From Carcharhinus amblyrhynchos (lineage: Eukaryota), in the NCBI GenBank assembly GCA_965287045.1, contig OZ336875.1, positions 73,160,001-73,224,000 on the forward strand: a stretch of DNA of 64,000 nucleotides, in the 5' to 3' direction. Numbering within the stretch: the first letter of the stretch is position 1; the number at the start of each line of letters is the position of its first letter. Under the pieces are notes generated by a model, which worked only from the letters and a program-made list of their open reading frames with translations, had not been told where the DNA came from and ran no database searches. The position numbers were made by a program, and so were the translations under genes. Positions 13,093-24,009 of the stretch are shown piece after piece.

Positions 13093-13854
13093 AGTATCTT
13101 TATTCATTCTGGATCGGTGACTGTGCATGTATGTGTAGGGATACCCCTCCCTGTCCACAGAGCTGGCTGAATTATCTTTTATATTTATTCGTTTATGTTA
13201 AGGTCGACACTGGTCTTTGAACGTAAGCATTATTAAGTATAGGGTTAGGGTGTAACCGGAGATCTAATGGGTGTGCCCTGTTATCTGCAAGTTTGTACTT
13301 TTAGGCCATTATTTGTGTGACAGTTTATGTTTTAGAGGCATGTACTCAAATGGCTGAGGAATTACTGTGGCACTTCTGCAGAAAGGTTTATGGCTCCCTC
13401 CTGTGCTGCAATGATGATATTTCAATGGGATTACGCATAATGTTTTCTGACCATTTGTTTTTTGTGAAATGTGATTAAGGTAAATATTGAAATTGAGAAT
13501 TGTCTTCCACAGTTTGGTAAATAATGACAGTAATGAATTAAAAAGGAAAAAAAAACACATTTAACTTGAAGAAAAATGTTCAGAGCATGGTGGATTATCG
13601 TTGATATTTGCTTGCAAAGTCAGTTTCACAGATTTATAAGAAAAATGGATGTCAAGGTGAAGGAGGTGAGGCAGGGGTGAACAGCTTAATCCATGAACTG
13701 GATTTTAAAGATGGCCATAGAAGAGGAGATAGAGTTGAAGAAGTTCAGGGAGGAAATTCCAGAAAAGCTGATCGAAAGCCTAGAAAAGAAAATGTGGAAG
13801 CTTATAGCATTTAAGGGTAGTATAGTGATGAGAAAGAGAAAGGACCATGGATTT

Positions 13855-14200
13855 ATTTTCATCATTTGAGGATGTGGGCATTTAACTTTCCTTGAGACAG
13901 GAGTGGCATGCCGGGCCATTTCAGATATCAGCCAAGAGTCAGCCACATTGCTGTGGATCTGGGGTCACCTATAGGTCAGACTGGGTAACGGCAACAAATT
14001 CAATTCCTTAAACTTTAAGGTTTAAAGGACCCAAATGAATTAGTTGAGTTTTTAATGATAATTCAGTAGTTTCATGGCCATTACTGCTACTAGCTCGTTG
14101 TTTCAAATTTAATAAAGGATCTGTGTCATACTGAGCTTTGAACTTATGTAATGGATTGTCAATCCAGGCATCTGGATTACTAGCAATATAACCATTTATA
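13855..14200 (-). mobile_element. tRNA-headed SINE of a second family (a related degraded copy lies near 51110-51300)
   Basis: Minus strand has a tRNA-like head (ctagtaatccaga..gttcaaa), body tgaccccagatccacagcaatgtggctgactctt and a 3' end gcccacatcc..aatga. Confidence 0.55.
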
Positions 14201-15631
14201 AACACTTTATATGTCCTCTGGGTCAGGGTGTGCGGGTGGTAGCAGGTGGCTGGTAGAATCAGATTTAACCTATGAGGGTGAAGAAATTTGACAAAGTTTG
14301 ATTTCTTTTAGAGATGATTTAAATTGGGAAATGAAACTCGCGCAGGGAGTTATTTTGTGACCATTGTACACAGCAAAACAGGGACTGGATCTAATCGTGT
14401 TTTATTTATTTTCTTGTGTATCATTAAAATGATCGTTCTTGAGTAGCAATTTCAAAGAAACAAGATCTGTTATCTTGCTGACCAGGTGTTCTGTTATTTG
14501 AGATGATTCATTGTTTCTATACAACAAATGATGGAGGGATTTTGAACTGAATGTGACCAATAATGTTTAAAACTGGGTGGTTATGAAACAAATGTTTGAA
14601 ATGTAAACTTGGAGCACAGTTCCCCTTGCTGCTGACTCAATACAAACTCCCATCCTCTTACACTCAAGTTAGCATCGGAGAGTTAACAGTATGTGTGTAG
14701 TGGGATGCCATTTTTATGAAGTTACCTCATCTAATGGCAATGTCTTAACCCAACCCATCTGCTTAAAGCACTGTAGATGTTTCTCTGATTATTGTTTACA
14801 CAGGATTGCTTCCAGTATCCAAGAGTATGCCTGGCAAATAGAGATCACAGTAATGTGGCCCTCTTTGTGGTGATGTTTGCCTATGCAGACAAAACCATGA
14901 ACCAGAGGAGTTGCTGGTAACTTGAGTCAAAACATTTAACGGAGCACTCAGTAACCTTTTACCTCATTCAGAATATACATCCAGATAACGCATGTCATCT
15001 GCAGAGCTCACTCAGTTCATTTTTATTACAAATTGTACTTGAGAGGAATGTTGGACTTTTTTTTTAGATGCAGTACACACATGCTAAGTAAATTATATAT
15101 TGATAATATCATTGTTTTGGTCTACTAAATTAGCTAATCTCAGCTGGAGCAACATTTGACTTTGGGCACAGGAGCATGAAAGTCAGCCAGTATTACCACT
15201 CTATTTATTGTCTCTTGTTGGAAAACATATTTGGCCTTCGAGTGAAGGCAAGGTCAAGGGAAATGGTGATGCCAAGAGTTGAATGGTTTCCTGACACAGG
15301 CAACTCTGTGGTACTATAGAGTAGCTGACACCCATTAAACTTGACTGCTTCAGCGCAAACTGTATGCCTTCAAGAGAAGAAAATAAGAATCTGGAATGTA
15401 AAAAATTAAAACTTAAAAGGACTAGCTCTCCCTTCAAATGAACCACCAATAAATTCTATTCTCTTCTTTGTGCTTCCCTTCCATTATTAAAACCCTTCAG
15501 ATGTTAAACTGTTGTATTCCAGTCCAACATCTAAATTTAAGTAGCATCAAGATGTAAATTATCAGAACGAGAACAAAAAGCATTTGTGGCTTGGAGAGAA
15601 ATTCACACTTTTGTGTTCAGGGTGATTGCAT

Positions 15632-16140
15632 GAACATAGTATAGCACAGAAGGGGGCCATTTGGCAGATCACATCTGTGCTGAAACTAACAACATTGTCT
15701 AACTCTTTCCCCAAGTTCTAGCTATTTCTTCTCCTGATGATCAGATGGTAGATGGAGATTAAATAATAACTATAAGGCAATCTATTCCAAATTCAAAAAC
15801 ACATTTTTAAAAAATCCTCATTACCTCTGATTCTTTTGCCAGTCACCTTAAATCTGTGTCCTCTTGTTATTAATCCCTCAGCCTTTTGAAACTTATTTCC
15901 CTTAATTTGCTCACTCTACACCCTTTATGATTTTAGACATCACTATCAAATCTCCTAAAGAGAACAACTCCAGTTTATTTAGTCTGCCAATGTAATCATA
16001 ATCCCTTATCCCTGGAACCACTCTTGTAAATTTCTTCTGATCTTCCTCGAAGTATCCATGTCCTTCCTAAAGTATGGTGCCCCGAATTGTATAGCTTTAC
16101 TAACTGTTTTGTTAACATGTTTTGCCACCTTCACTGCAAA
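15632..16140 (-). mobile_element. Old CR1 3' fragment
   Basis: 3' UTR remnant (tagcacagaagggggccatt) plus a reverse-strand ORF2 C-terminal remnant (ttaaatctgtgtcctcttgtt, cttatccctggaacca). Confidence 0.65.
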
Positions 16141-16469
16141 AACCATCTCCTTGATGTGTATTGTCTCTCGTGATCATTCCCTCCTTCCCTATCACCTCAT
16201 CTTTTCTGTGCTGAATTTAATATGTTGTGCAACACCTCAATCTCACCAGCTTGCAAATGTCCTCTTCAAGCCTGTTACTTATTTCTCATTGTTTAATCCT
16301 CTGTTAAATTTGAAAATTTTGCCCTAAACCTATTGAATTACAGCGGGTATATTTGGTTGAGCAGCCTGACTCCTGCTCTTGAATTGTAGAGTAGTGGGAA
16401 CTGCTGTAAATGCTGTTCAGTTAAATATTCGTCAGGATAGTCCTTCCACAGAGTTGTCCTTTGGCTCTG

Positions 16470-16898
16470 TCAGCTATGCCTTAGTTGATAGCACAGTTGA
16501 TTCATGAATTGCAAGGTTGCAGGTTCAAATCCTACTCCAGGATGTAAACATACAAATCTGGGCTAATGCTGCAGTGCAACACTCTTTTGAAACATAATCC
16601 ATGGCCCTTTCTGTGCCCTTAGATGAATGTAAAAATACCGTGGAACTACCATGAAAAAGATTAAGGCAATTATCCCACTGTTCAGACCATTAACTTCTCC
16701 TTCCACCAATATTGCAAAAAACAGATTATCAATATTATCGGATTGTTATGACTACATAAGTGGGAGCTTGCTATATGCAAATTGGCTGTTGTGATTCCTA
16801 GATTACTATAGTGGCTACATTTCAAAACTACTCCATTGGCAAGGAAACACTTGGGATGTTTGGAGGTTGTGGACAGTGCAACATAAATGTAAATCTTG
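16470..16898 (+). mobile_element. SacSINE1-like DeuSINE
   Basis: tRNA head (gttgatagcac..ggttcaaatcctactcc), Deu/Nin-like body (gtgggagcttgct..caaattggctg..acatttcaaa) and an L2-type tail. Confidence 0.7.
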
Positions 16899-17074
16899 GG
16901 GTGGGGTGTATTTTAGTGGTTGTTCTGAAGGTAAGCTGATGAATTGGCAGTTTCTATCTTGATTGGTGATTGAAAATATTAATATTATACATTCCAGCAT
17001 CCAAAGCAATACATTTGTTCCCTCAGTCATTGGTATCCTTTCAGAATATAGTATTTAAATACTTAAAAATCTAA

Positions 17075-18115
17075 ATGCATAGATATACAGAAAGATTTGC
17101 AACACAGAAGGAGACCATTTGGTTATCATTTCCCTGTAATATAATTCAATTCCACCTCTCAGCTTTTGACCCATATTACTGTACAACACCAAGTGTATAT
17201 TTAAGTTTTTTTTTAAATGTTATTCGGAATTTGGCCTCTACAATCTTTTTCAGTCAGTTCATTCCAGACTCCCACCATGCTCTGCAAGAAAAAATGTTCC
17301 TCCTTAACTTCTCTCTAATCCTTCTAACAATTATTTTAATCCAATGTTCTTTGGTTATTGACCTTTCAGCTAAATGAAATAGATTCTTCCTACCCATTCT
17401 ATCTAGCTCCTCCTGTTTATCCATCTTAGTTGTTTCCACTCAATTTTCTATTTTTCAAAGAAAACAACCTTGGCTCACCCATATTTTTCTCAGTTAAAAT
17501 TCTTCACTCCTGGCCACACCCTAATAAATCTTTTCTCTCATGATTGCAGTGACCTGTATGCTCTGACTGTTGTCTAACTAATGTTTTATATTGTTCTAAC
17601 ATCACCTCGCTTCTCTTACCCTCTAGTAAAGTATCTTGCCTTCATGACCAGATGTAGTGGGTGGGCGGGGTTAGCAAAAGATCAGGAGTTCATTATATCT
17701 GTTTGCTTGAAACAATTTTATATTGTATTAATTAAAATAATTGAGGAGGTGAGCTCACAGTGGAAAGTGGATGTCACTTTCAGTTTAGGACATTATTGTA
17801 TGTAAAATCTTAAACTGTAGAAGGTGGCAATTTGATGCCATGTGCAGGCTCTTTGGAGCTAATTGTGTCACCCTTTCAATCCCTGCTGTTTCCCCATAGT
17901 CCTGCATATTTTTCCTTTGCACAATTATATATCCAATTCCACTTTGAAAGTTACTATTGAATCTAATTCCACCATAATTTCAGACAGTATATTCTGAATC
18001 AAAACCACTAATGTGTTTTTTTTAGAAAAAACACTCCTCACTGAATCAGTTGTCAGTGTTAGAACTATATTTGGTTGCTGACACTTAAGCCATTGGAAGC
18101 AGTTTCTCCATGATC
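17075..18115 (-). mobile_element. Two degraded CR1 3' fragments (about 17075-17620 and 17810-18115)
   Basis: Minus-strand translation SITKEHWIKI..LRRNIFSCRAW and CR1 3' UTR remnants. Confidence 0.6.
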
Positions 18116-18882
18116 AAAACTGTGGCAAGTGATGTCAATTTCAGCTGATGCTTTATTGTTTTAAAGGCCAAAGTGTAAATGTACAGCTTTTCCAATTACC
18201 CAATGAATCAAGGCATTGTGCTGTTGCATTCAGCCATCCAGACCAGAAAAGCTCCATGTTCGATTGCTGGTTTGTGTTTGTCCATATAACAGTGAATTCA
18301 TTGTTCTGTGAAGCAATACTCTATATTTGTGAGGATAATATAATAAAATATTTGATTTATTAGTAGTTGGGGTGTGATAACATATCAGTTGTCAGGAAAC
18401 AGGTAGTTTTTAAGTGTTGGATGCTAGAAATAAGATATAGATTTAAGTGGATTTTTACTTAATGTATTTAGAGTAAACACAAGCTTAGAATAAGCTGTTG
18501 CTTACTGACCAGGGGTCATTATTTAGGTTAGGAAGGTTTTTGAGTTTAGTTTTAAATTGAACATCTAGGAAACTAGAGGGGTGACAGGATCCTCCTTCCC
18601 TGCTTTGCTCCTATAGAATATATTTCTTACCAGAATGGTATCTTAACAATTATAACCAATAGTAGTAATAAGTACTTACCCAACTCACCCAAACAGTTGC
18701 TTAGATTCCCTCAGGAGCTGTAAACTTGCAGTCCACTCTTTCTTGCAATCTTTTAACCACCTAGTTCTGCTCGTAGGTTCATTTCTCTTTACTACTTTAT
18801 CCTCATAGCTTTGTTCCTTAACTGTTTGTTAAGTTACTAAGTTAATTTGTTTAGTTATTTAAATTTCACCCATTTAAAGATA

Positions 18883-19185
18883 GTTGCTTCTCAGGCTTTT
18901 GGCTAAGATCAAGTGTAGTATCGACATGATGTACTTGGTTGAAGTCACTAGGTTACATTTCAGCTTCATTTGAAGCAGCTTTTTAAAAACGGCATCTCAG
19001 CCTTGGCTAAGATGTAAATGAGATCAAGCCTTGCAGGAGGGGTTATGCCCACTCCAATCAGCTTGGATGAGGTAGATCAAGCCCAAGACAGGAGGTGTCT
19101 TGTCAGCTTGGATCGGGCATGTCTCAACTTGTTGAGACTCTGAATTGGACTTGATTGGATTGAATTGGAATAAAAACAAAAAAAA
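18883..19185 (+). mobile_element. U2 snRNA-headed, A-tailed short retroelement (SINEU-like) or U2 chimeric retrocopy
   Basis: 18883-18922 gttgcttctcaggcttttggctaagatcaagtgtagtatc matches U2 snRNA nt 1-40 with about 4 mismatches. It is followed by a non-U2 hairpin-rich body, (tg)attgga repeats and aaaaacaaaaaaaa. Confidence 0.75.
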
Positions 19186-19419
19186 GTCCCGAATGTCAGT
19201 TACTCACCAGCCAATCAGCTTACTGCTTTCCTTTGTTGACACTCTTGGATTTTTCAAATTGAGTGTGCTGTTTGGTGGCTCCGAGCCTCGCAGAGCCTCA
19301 AATCTTGCACTCCCCAAGGGCCCTGAAACTCTCAGTTCCTTTATCCTCTGCTCCCAGAAGTGTCCCTTGCAGGTCCTCAAGTCTCGTGCTTCTTTTATCC
19401 TCTGTTCCCAGAAGAGAAC

Positions 19420-20019
19420 GTTGGACTCGTTTAAGGTTCAGTTAGATAGGCACATGAGTGAAACGAGGATGGAGGGTTATGGTAGGGGTTATTAAATAAG
19501 GGTTAGAACCTCGGGAGACACCGGAAAGGCAGGCTTGTGATTAACGTTTTTGTCTTTTATTCCACAGGTGGAGGTCCACCTCGTTGTCAAACGAGGGGCA
19601 TGCACACGGTGGGTCGTGCGTGGGCTACTCTTGGAGGTTCCGGGAGTGGCCTAGTACTTCGTGTCGGTGTGTGTGCTTGATCCTGGACCGGTAGACGGGC
19701 GCCGCAACAGCTCGGTGACTAGCACTGCTAGCTGTGCAGATACATGGATTTGGGCCTGTGTCTGTGGGAGTTTGTGCATGCTCCCTGTGGATGCGTGGGT
19801 TTCCTCCGGGCGCTCCGGTTTCCTCCCACACCCCAAAGATGTGCTCTTAGGCTGATTGGTTTTACCAAATTGACACTATTCTCCCCTGAATCTGGCTAAG
19901 TCAGGGGTTCTATTCGTAGACACGCAGGGTAGAATAGGTGTAGGGTGATGCGGCGGCGCGGGCTCGGGCCGAAGGGCCTGTTTCCCGTGCTGGGGTTGTT
20001 CTTTGTTTTGTTGTTCTTT
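19420..20019 (+). mobile_element. 5'-truncated CR1 with structured 3' UTR and embedded V-SINE; 6-bp TSD gagaac
   Basis: ORF2 end TLDSFKVQLDRHM...MEGYG (stop at 19493-19495), then an acceptor, hairpins, V-domain, CR1-type 3' end and a (ttgttct)-like tail. gagaac occurs at 19414-19419 and 20020-20025. Confidence 0.85.
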
Positions 20020-21501
20020 GAGAACCCTTCGCAAGTCCGCGAGCCTCATGCTGTCTTTATCCTCCGCTCCAGAAGAATGTCTCTTGCATGTCCAGTGTTC
20101 TCCACTCCCCAAAGGTAAGTGAAGGCCCTAAGCCTTGTGCTCCCTTTTATCCTCCACTCCTCAGAGTGCCCCTTGCAGATCCGAGGCTCTCTACTCCCTG
20201 AAGGACTTGAAACTGAATTTGCGGAACTCCTTTTCTCTGAACCACAAGGCTGTCTTAAGCTATGCGGAAAGGGATCATATATGGTAATTGCTGTCTCACT
20301 ATGTGATACTCTGGTAGAGCACCCCCTTCAAAGCTCCTGAATTCTGGTAGCTTGCATACTTGGATGGATATTGCCTCTGTGGGTAGGTGGCTGCATCTGT
20401 AGTAATGTTATGTTTGGATTGTAACTGAATATCAGGACCAGTTTACTGGATTTTTTGCATTTGTCAGCAATATTTGATAACATGTATGAACCTTTCCTAA
20501 TGTTCATTCAATCGTTCAGGTGATCAGCTTGCATTGAAAAAAATAATCTGCTTGAGATCAGCTTTCCTTAAACTCCTTGGGATGATCAGATGCTGTCTTA
20601 GTCAAAGCCAATCAATTGTCTGGTATGGTGGGAAAGGTTAAAATGGCAAGCTGGTTACAATATTGAATCTATTGGAACCTATGGAACCAAGTTCAGTGAA
20701 AATTGTTGTTGTGGAAGAGGGGGAATGGAGAAATAGTGGTTGTGGGAGAGGGAATTTTGTTACATTTTCTTCTGTACTGTCATCCTCTTCCTTAAAGGAT
20801 GTAAAATCATAATCTCTATTCCATCTGGCTGCAACTAATCACAGGAAGTTTGCAAGAGTAATTTCAGTTGAAACCTATTTTCTTCACTTTTACTAATGTG
20901 CAAATGGCTTGTCTTAGCTCTGCTGTGTTTCTTGATGATCCAGCTATGTGAACCATAAAATCTGAATTGCTGTTCAATAAAGCTAATATAAAATTACTTT
21001 AGACCGGGTAGATTTCTCAAAGGTAGGGAGCAGTCTTACAATTATATTTCATCTCCAATGTCGTAGCAAAAGAAAAGTCAATTTGTATCTTGTTCCCTGC
21101 TGGAAAATAGTAAAATTTGAATAAGGACAAGATTGTTCTTGCGTGTGATGCTATTTGTGGACAAATAGCCTCATGGTGCGCACTGCCAGCTTCCACTTGA
21201 AACTTGACCGTTGGGCTATGTAACAAAATATCTTCTTGGAACCAAAATTATTGGTTTGAGAGGGGGCTTTGAAATTGGATTAATCTGGTGTGTTTAAAAG
21301 CGCTCATGATACATTTTCTACTTTCTAGGTCATTGATGTGCAAATGTGTTGTTTCTTTTAAATTTCACATCTGATTTACTTCAAAAGGAATCGTGGAGGA
21401 CATCTCATTTCCCTGCCCTCACGCGAGACCTTGAGAAATAGGTTAACTTTGGGGATTGTGTATAATCTGAAGGGAAATGTCATTCAAGGGAATGACACAA
21501 T

Positions 21502-22256
21502 GGGCAGAATTCATCCAAGCTCCTATCATTATGTTTGATGGTGGGGAGAATTTGGCAGGAGGAAAATTGGCATAAATTTACAGTTGGATCTTACGCCGGA
21601 TTCTTGTAATGCCAGCAGGAAAACATGCTGGCATTAAACACATTACAAACAATGTGGTGTGCAGATGTTGTTATCACCTGGACAATGCCTAGTGCTGCTT
21701 CCAGAGTTCAGAATGGAGGCCACCTGTCCTGGAATGCTGTGGAAGCATCTGCAGGTATCATAGAATTCCCTACAGTGCAGAAGGAGACCTCCCCTGACAG
21801 AACATCTTCTCCATGCACATCCCCTCTGCCCTATCCCCATAACCTGGCAAATTTGCCCTGCTAAGCCCCCTAACCTACACATCTTGAGACACTAAGAGGC
21901 AATTTAGCATGGCTAATCCACCTAACCTGCATATCTTTGAACTGGTGGACTCTCCAGATTGGTACCCTGAAGGGGGTTCAGTCTTCCAGTCTCAGAATGT
22001 TCCTGGATCCATCTTCATTGTCAAGTGGTCCACCTCTTTTCTTCAATCGTAGGTTGGTGATGTTGGATGCATTTTCAAAAGGGTCATGATGGTGGACTAC
22101 ATGCCATCCAGGCCTGCCCTGAAACTGACTATGGTGTAATTAATGAGGTTGGGGTTGGAAGATTTGATGTGATTTCATCCCAACCACCACAATGAGAGAC
22201 ACTCTACGTTCTTGCCCCGCTACAGCACTTACTCTTAAAATGGAAGAATTCCACCC
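21502..22256. mobile_element. Non-autonomous Harbinger-like element containing a V-SINE 3' half (21758-21947, minus strand)
   Basis: Imperfect terminal inverted repeats gggcagaattc ... gaattccaccc. The SINE tail is tcatagaattccctacagtgcagaagg. Confidence 0.5.
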
Positions 22257-23329
22257 AGTGTGTTTATTTTGTTAATCTCTTTTGTTCAGTTCATCTCTCC
22301 TTCAGTTTTGTGTGAATTGTTGACCTATTTTATATGTTTAGTCCTGCAATTTAAATATTGGGTCTGGGAAGCTGCTGTTGCGTTTTGGTGAAGCTAAATG
22401 GGTGAGCTTCCAAACTCTGCAGCATTCTGAGAGAGTTGGATCATCATGGACCACATATTCTTCAATCTGTATTCTTATCAATTTACGTATATTTTATATC
22501 TGAACATTAGCTTAAGTTTTCACTATCACTGAGGGAATAATATTAAGGGACAATGCAAACAGAAAGGTGGAATTGACACTGAAGATCAGCCCTGATCAAA
22601 CTGAATGATGGTGTAAGCTAGAAGGGGCTATATACTCTGATTTATTATCTTCTAATGCCAAACATCCAGTCCATGAAGTTTAAGCAGGAGAAACCAATCG
22701 AGAAAATGCAATACAAACTAAGTTTATCAAATTTGTCGGCCTATTATCAAAGGTGCAGTCTGAGGTATGTGAAACTTACAAAATTGTGTGATTCGTAGAT
22801 CTGCTTTGTTTATTGCAGTACCTTCTTTTGATGCAGTTGTCTCCGAGGATTGAAACACTTAGAATTGAAAGGGGCTTGATCTGAGTTTTTAAGGTATGTT
22901 AATAGGCTTACCAAAAATAGTATTTGTACATTTCACAAATCATTATACATGTGAAACATCAAAATTGGCAATGACCCAAGATCACTGTCCTGCAAACAGC
23001 TTTAATTCCTGATTAACAATTTTAATTCTGCTGTCATCATACTCTTGATTATGACAGCAGTTTTGAAATGTGTTTCGGAGTCATGTTGTAATGGTCATTA
23101 TGACTTTACCTGGAAAGAGAAACACCACCATGTATACCAACATGGTATAGAGCAAGGAGATAGACTACATTGATTCATACCCAAGTGCAAGTGATATTGA
23201 TGCTACAGGTCCACTTCTCCAGGTTTTTGAGCTTTAAATAGACATACAGACTGCACTGAGCTTCAAGTCCCTTGATGCAAGCCTCACCAAGACTGACTTC
23301 CAATATTATAACATAGCTTGTCTTTACCC

Positions 23330-23760
23330 GTAACTCATTCTGGTATTATTTAAACCCATATCTATGTTTTCGTTATCTTCCAACTTGAAGTTTCATGCAC
23401 TCTGTCAGGCCTCTTGAGCTCCAAATGCAAAATTCTGGGTATGTCATATGGTTAACAGGACTTGAAAATCCCTTTCACCATGCGTATCTTCAAATGGCTC
23501 CATCAAGATAATAAATTCAAAATCCTCATCTTTGCATGTAAGTCCCTTTTTAGGCCTTGCCCCTCCATACCATTGCAAAATCCCCCAAATTTTTTTTGTT
23601 GTTGTACCTTTATTGTCCAAACCGTCTGTCTCTCCTTGCCATCCCATATTTGACAGCAAGCATTCAGCTGCCTTTTCTGATTCTCCAAAGTATCTTAACT
23701 GACATTCCCAGGCCATTGTTTTAACTCGTTATTTAAATAAAACTTGTGAAATACTTTTTT
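23330..23760 (+). mobile_element. Degraded L2 LINE ORF2 3' fragment
   Basis: Translation KWLHQDNKFKILIFACKSL resembles the L2 LHWLP..I.FKIL....K.L motif. Confidence 0.6.
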
Positions 23761-24009
23761 TTCATTATGTTTTTGGTGTGTTTGTCACAATTTCCGGCTA
23801 ATGTTTAATGTTTGCTTGTTGAAACATCTTGCAAATTTTAGCATAAGGTCTTTTCACAAACACTAAATCCTGGAATCAAATTGGATATTTCCAAAAGTAG
23901 TAGCCATTAAAACACTTAAAGTTAAAAATGTGCTCAGTTGAAATGACAAATAAAAGCATATTTATGCAGGAAAAAAACAGGTGCTATACAAACCTAGTTG
24001 CATATCATG

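Larger units (their letters stand above)
18590..20240 (-). mobile_element. Probable CR1 5' UTR region with ~55-bp tandem units; host of two later insertions
   Basis: Minus-strand motif gcagtaagctgattggctggtgagta (19201-19226) resembles the other CR1 5' ends. The unit tttatcctc.gctcc..gaagtgtcccttgcaggtcc recurs near 19338, 19393, 20055 and 20144. Confidence 0.45.

Noticed and set aside
18883-18922. Functional U2 snRNA gene
   Set aside because: Only nt 1-40 match; the Sm site and 3' stem-loops are absent.
19330-20190. Spaced direct repeats resembling a CRISPR array
   Set aside because: Eukaryotic context, degenerate ~55-bp tandem units, no unique equal-length spacers and no cas genes.
23028-23060. 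Short hairpin ctgctgtcat...atgacagcag
   Set aside because: A single 10-bp stem with no second copy or covariation; expected by chance or local duplication.
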